A stretch of DNA of 64,000 nt from Intoshia linei (lineage: Eukaryota > Animalia > Orthonectida): the NCBI GenBank assembly GCA_001642005.1, contig LWCA01000003.1, positions 1 to 64,000 on the forward strand, in the 5' to 3' direction. The position numbers and the translations under genes were made by a program. Below the pieces are notes generated by a model. That model was not told where the DNA came from. It was given only the letters and a program-made list of their open reading frames with translations, and did not search any database. Below, piece after piece: positions 63,431-64,000 of this stretch (position 1 is its first letter; each line of letters begins with the position of its first letter).

Positions 63431-64000
63431 AATACGTACTATCACTTTTAGTTTATTTTGAATAAATTTTTATTCGTCATCATAGATAAGTAGTTTTGGC
63501 TTTACAATTTCAAAATTACTGCCCACTTTAACTTAAACCCCTAATGTCTACATCATTACCAAATTGTTCGATACAAACAACATTGAGCAGATTCTTAAGA
63601 CAAAATTTAGACGCATTATAAAAATAAAAATTTTTTTTAAAATATACAGGTATAATTAAAATTATAAGATCCAAAAAAAATAGTAATGGATATCTTCAAG
63701 TTCATTAATCCTATTTATTTTTAATAGTAGTATAGCGCATTGCGCTTGCTAGTTACAATTATTGTCTGATTGGATCTAATCACTGCACATAATGATTATA
63801 CGAATTTCGTATTACGAAATAGTATGCTTAACTGTTAACAACACACGAAACAATTGGTTGTATGATACAACCACTAAAGAATTAGTTACGCATATATTAA
63901 GAAGTTCTTTTTGCTTTGTTGCTATATGTCTTTGATTTTTACATTAAAATTCTGTTAATTGTTTAATTTTCAGATGTTTATCTTTTCAGAAAATTGTTAT

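Noticed and set aside
1-64000. Alternative genetic code or stop readthrough to explain fragmented ORFs; tRNA/rRNA genes
   Set aside because: Breaks in the host genes I could splice are explained by short GT-AG introns, and long exons read cleanly in the standard code. No tRNA or rRNA was recognised by eye.

Overview
Strongly AT-rich eukaryotic genomic DNA from a metazoan (it has Wnt, Nck, CNG channel and alpha-actinin genes). It is gene-dense, with many 32-45 nt GT-AG introns and highly diverged proteins. This is consistent with a reduced parasitic invertebrate such as an orthonectid or dicyemid, but that assignment is inference only. Genes read by manual splicing, in order: Nck/Dock-like adaptor (+), CNGA/TAX-4-like channel (+), eIF2A (-), ATP7 Cu-ATPase (+), CTU2 (-), V-ATPase subunit e (+), an unknown ORF (+), ABCE1 lacking its 3' end (+), alpha-actinin lacking its 5' end (+), Wnt5-like (-), PAF1 (-) with an intronless VPS10/sortilin-like gene nested antisense in one intron, and UBR1/2-like (+). 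CTU2, V-ATPase e and most of PAF1 are barely visible in the ORF track. Convergent genes almost touch (stop codons 1, 29 and 43 nt apart) and divergent starts are 267-437 nt apart. Long introns are filled with a Helitron-like repeat family and several hAT-type MITEs. A decayed-element cluster at 36.5-40.7 kb holds hAT, Tc1 and Charlie-like remnants plus an unidentified zinc-knuckle element followed by about 1.5 kb of non-pol coding sequence, which is the least explained stretch. There are four N gaps, and an exact 315-bp duplication suggests 25423-29624 was mis-scaffolded into a CTU2 intron. No prokaryotic-type system is present.
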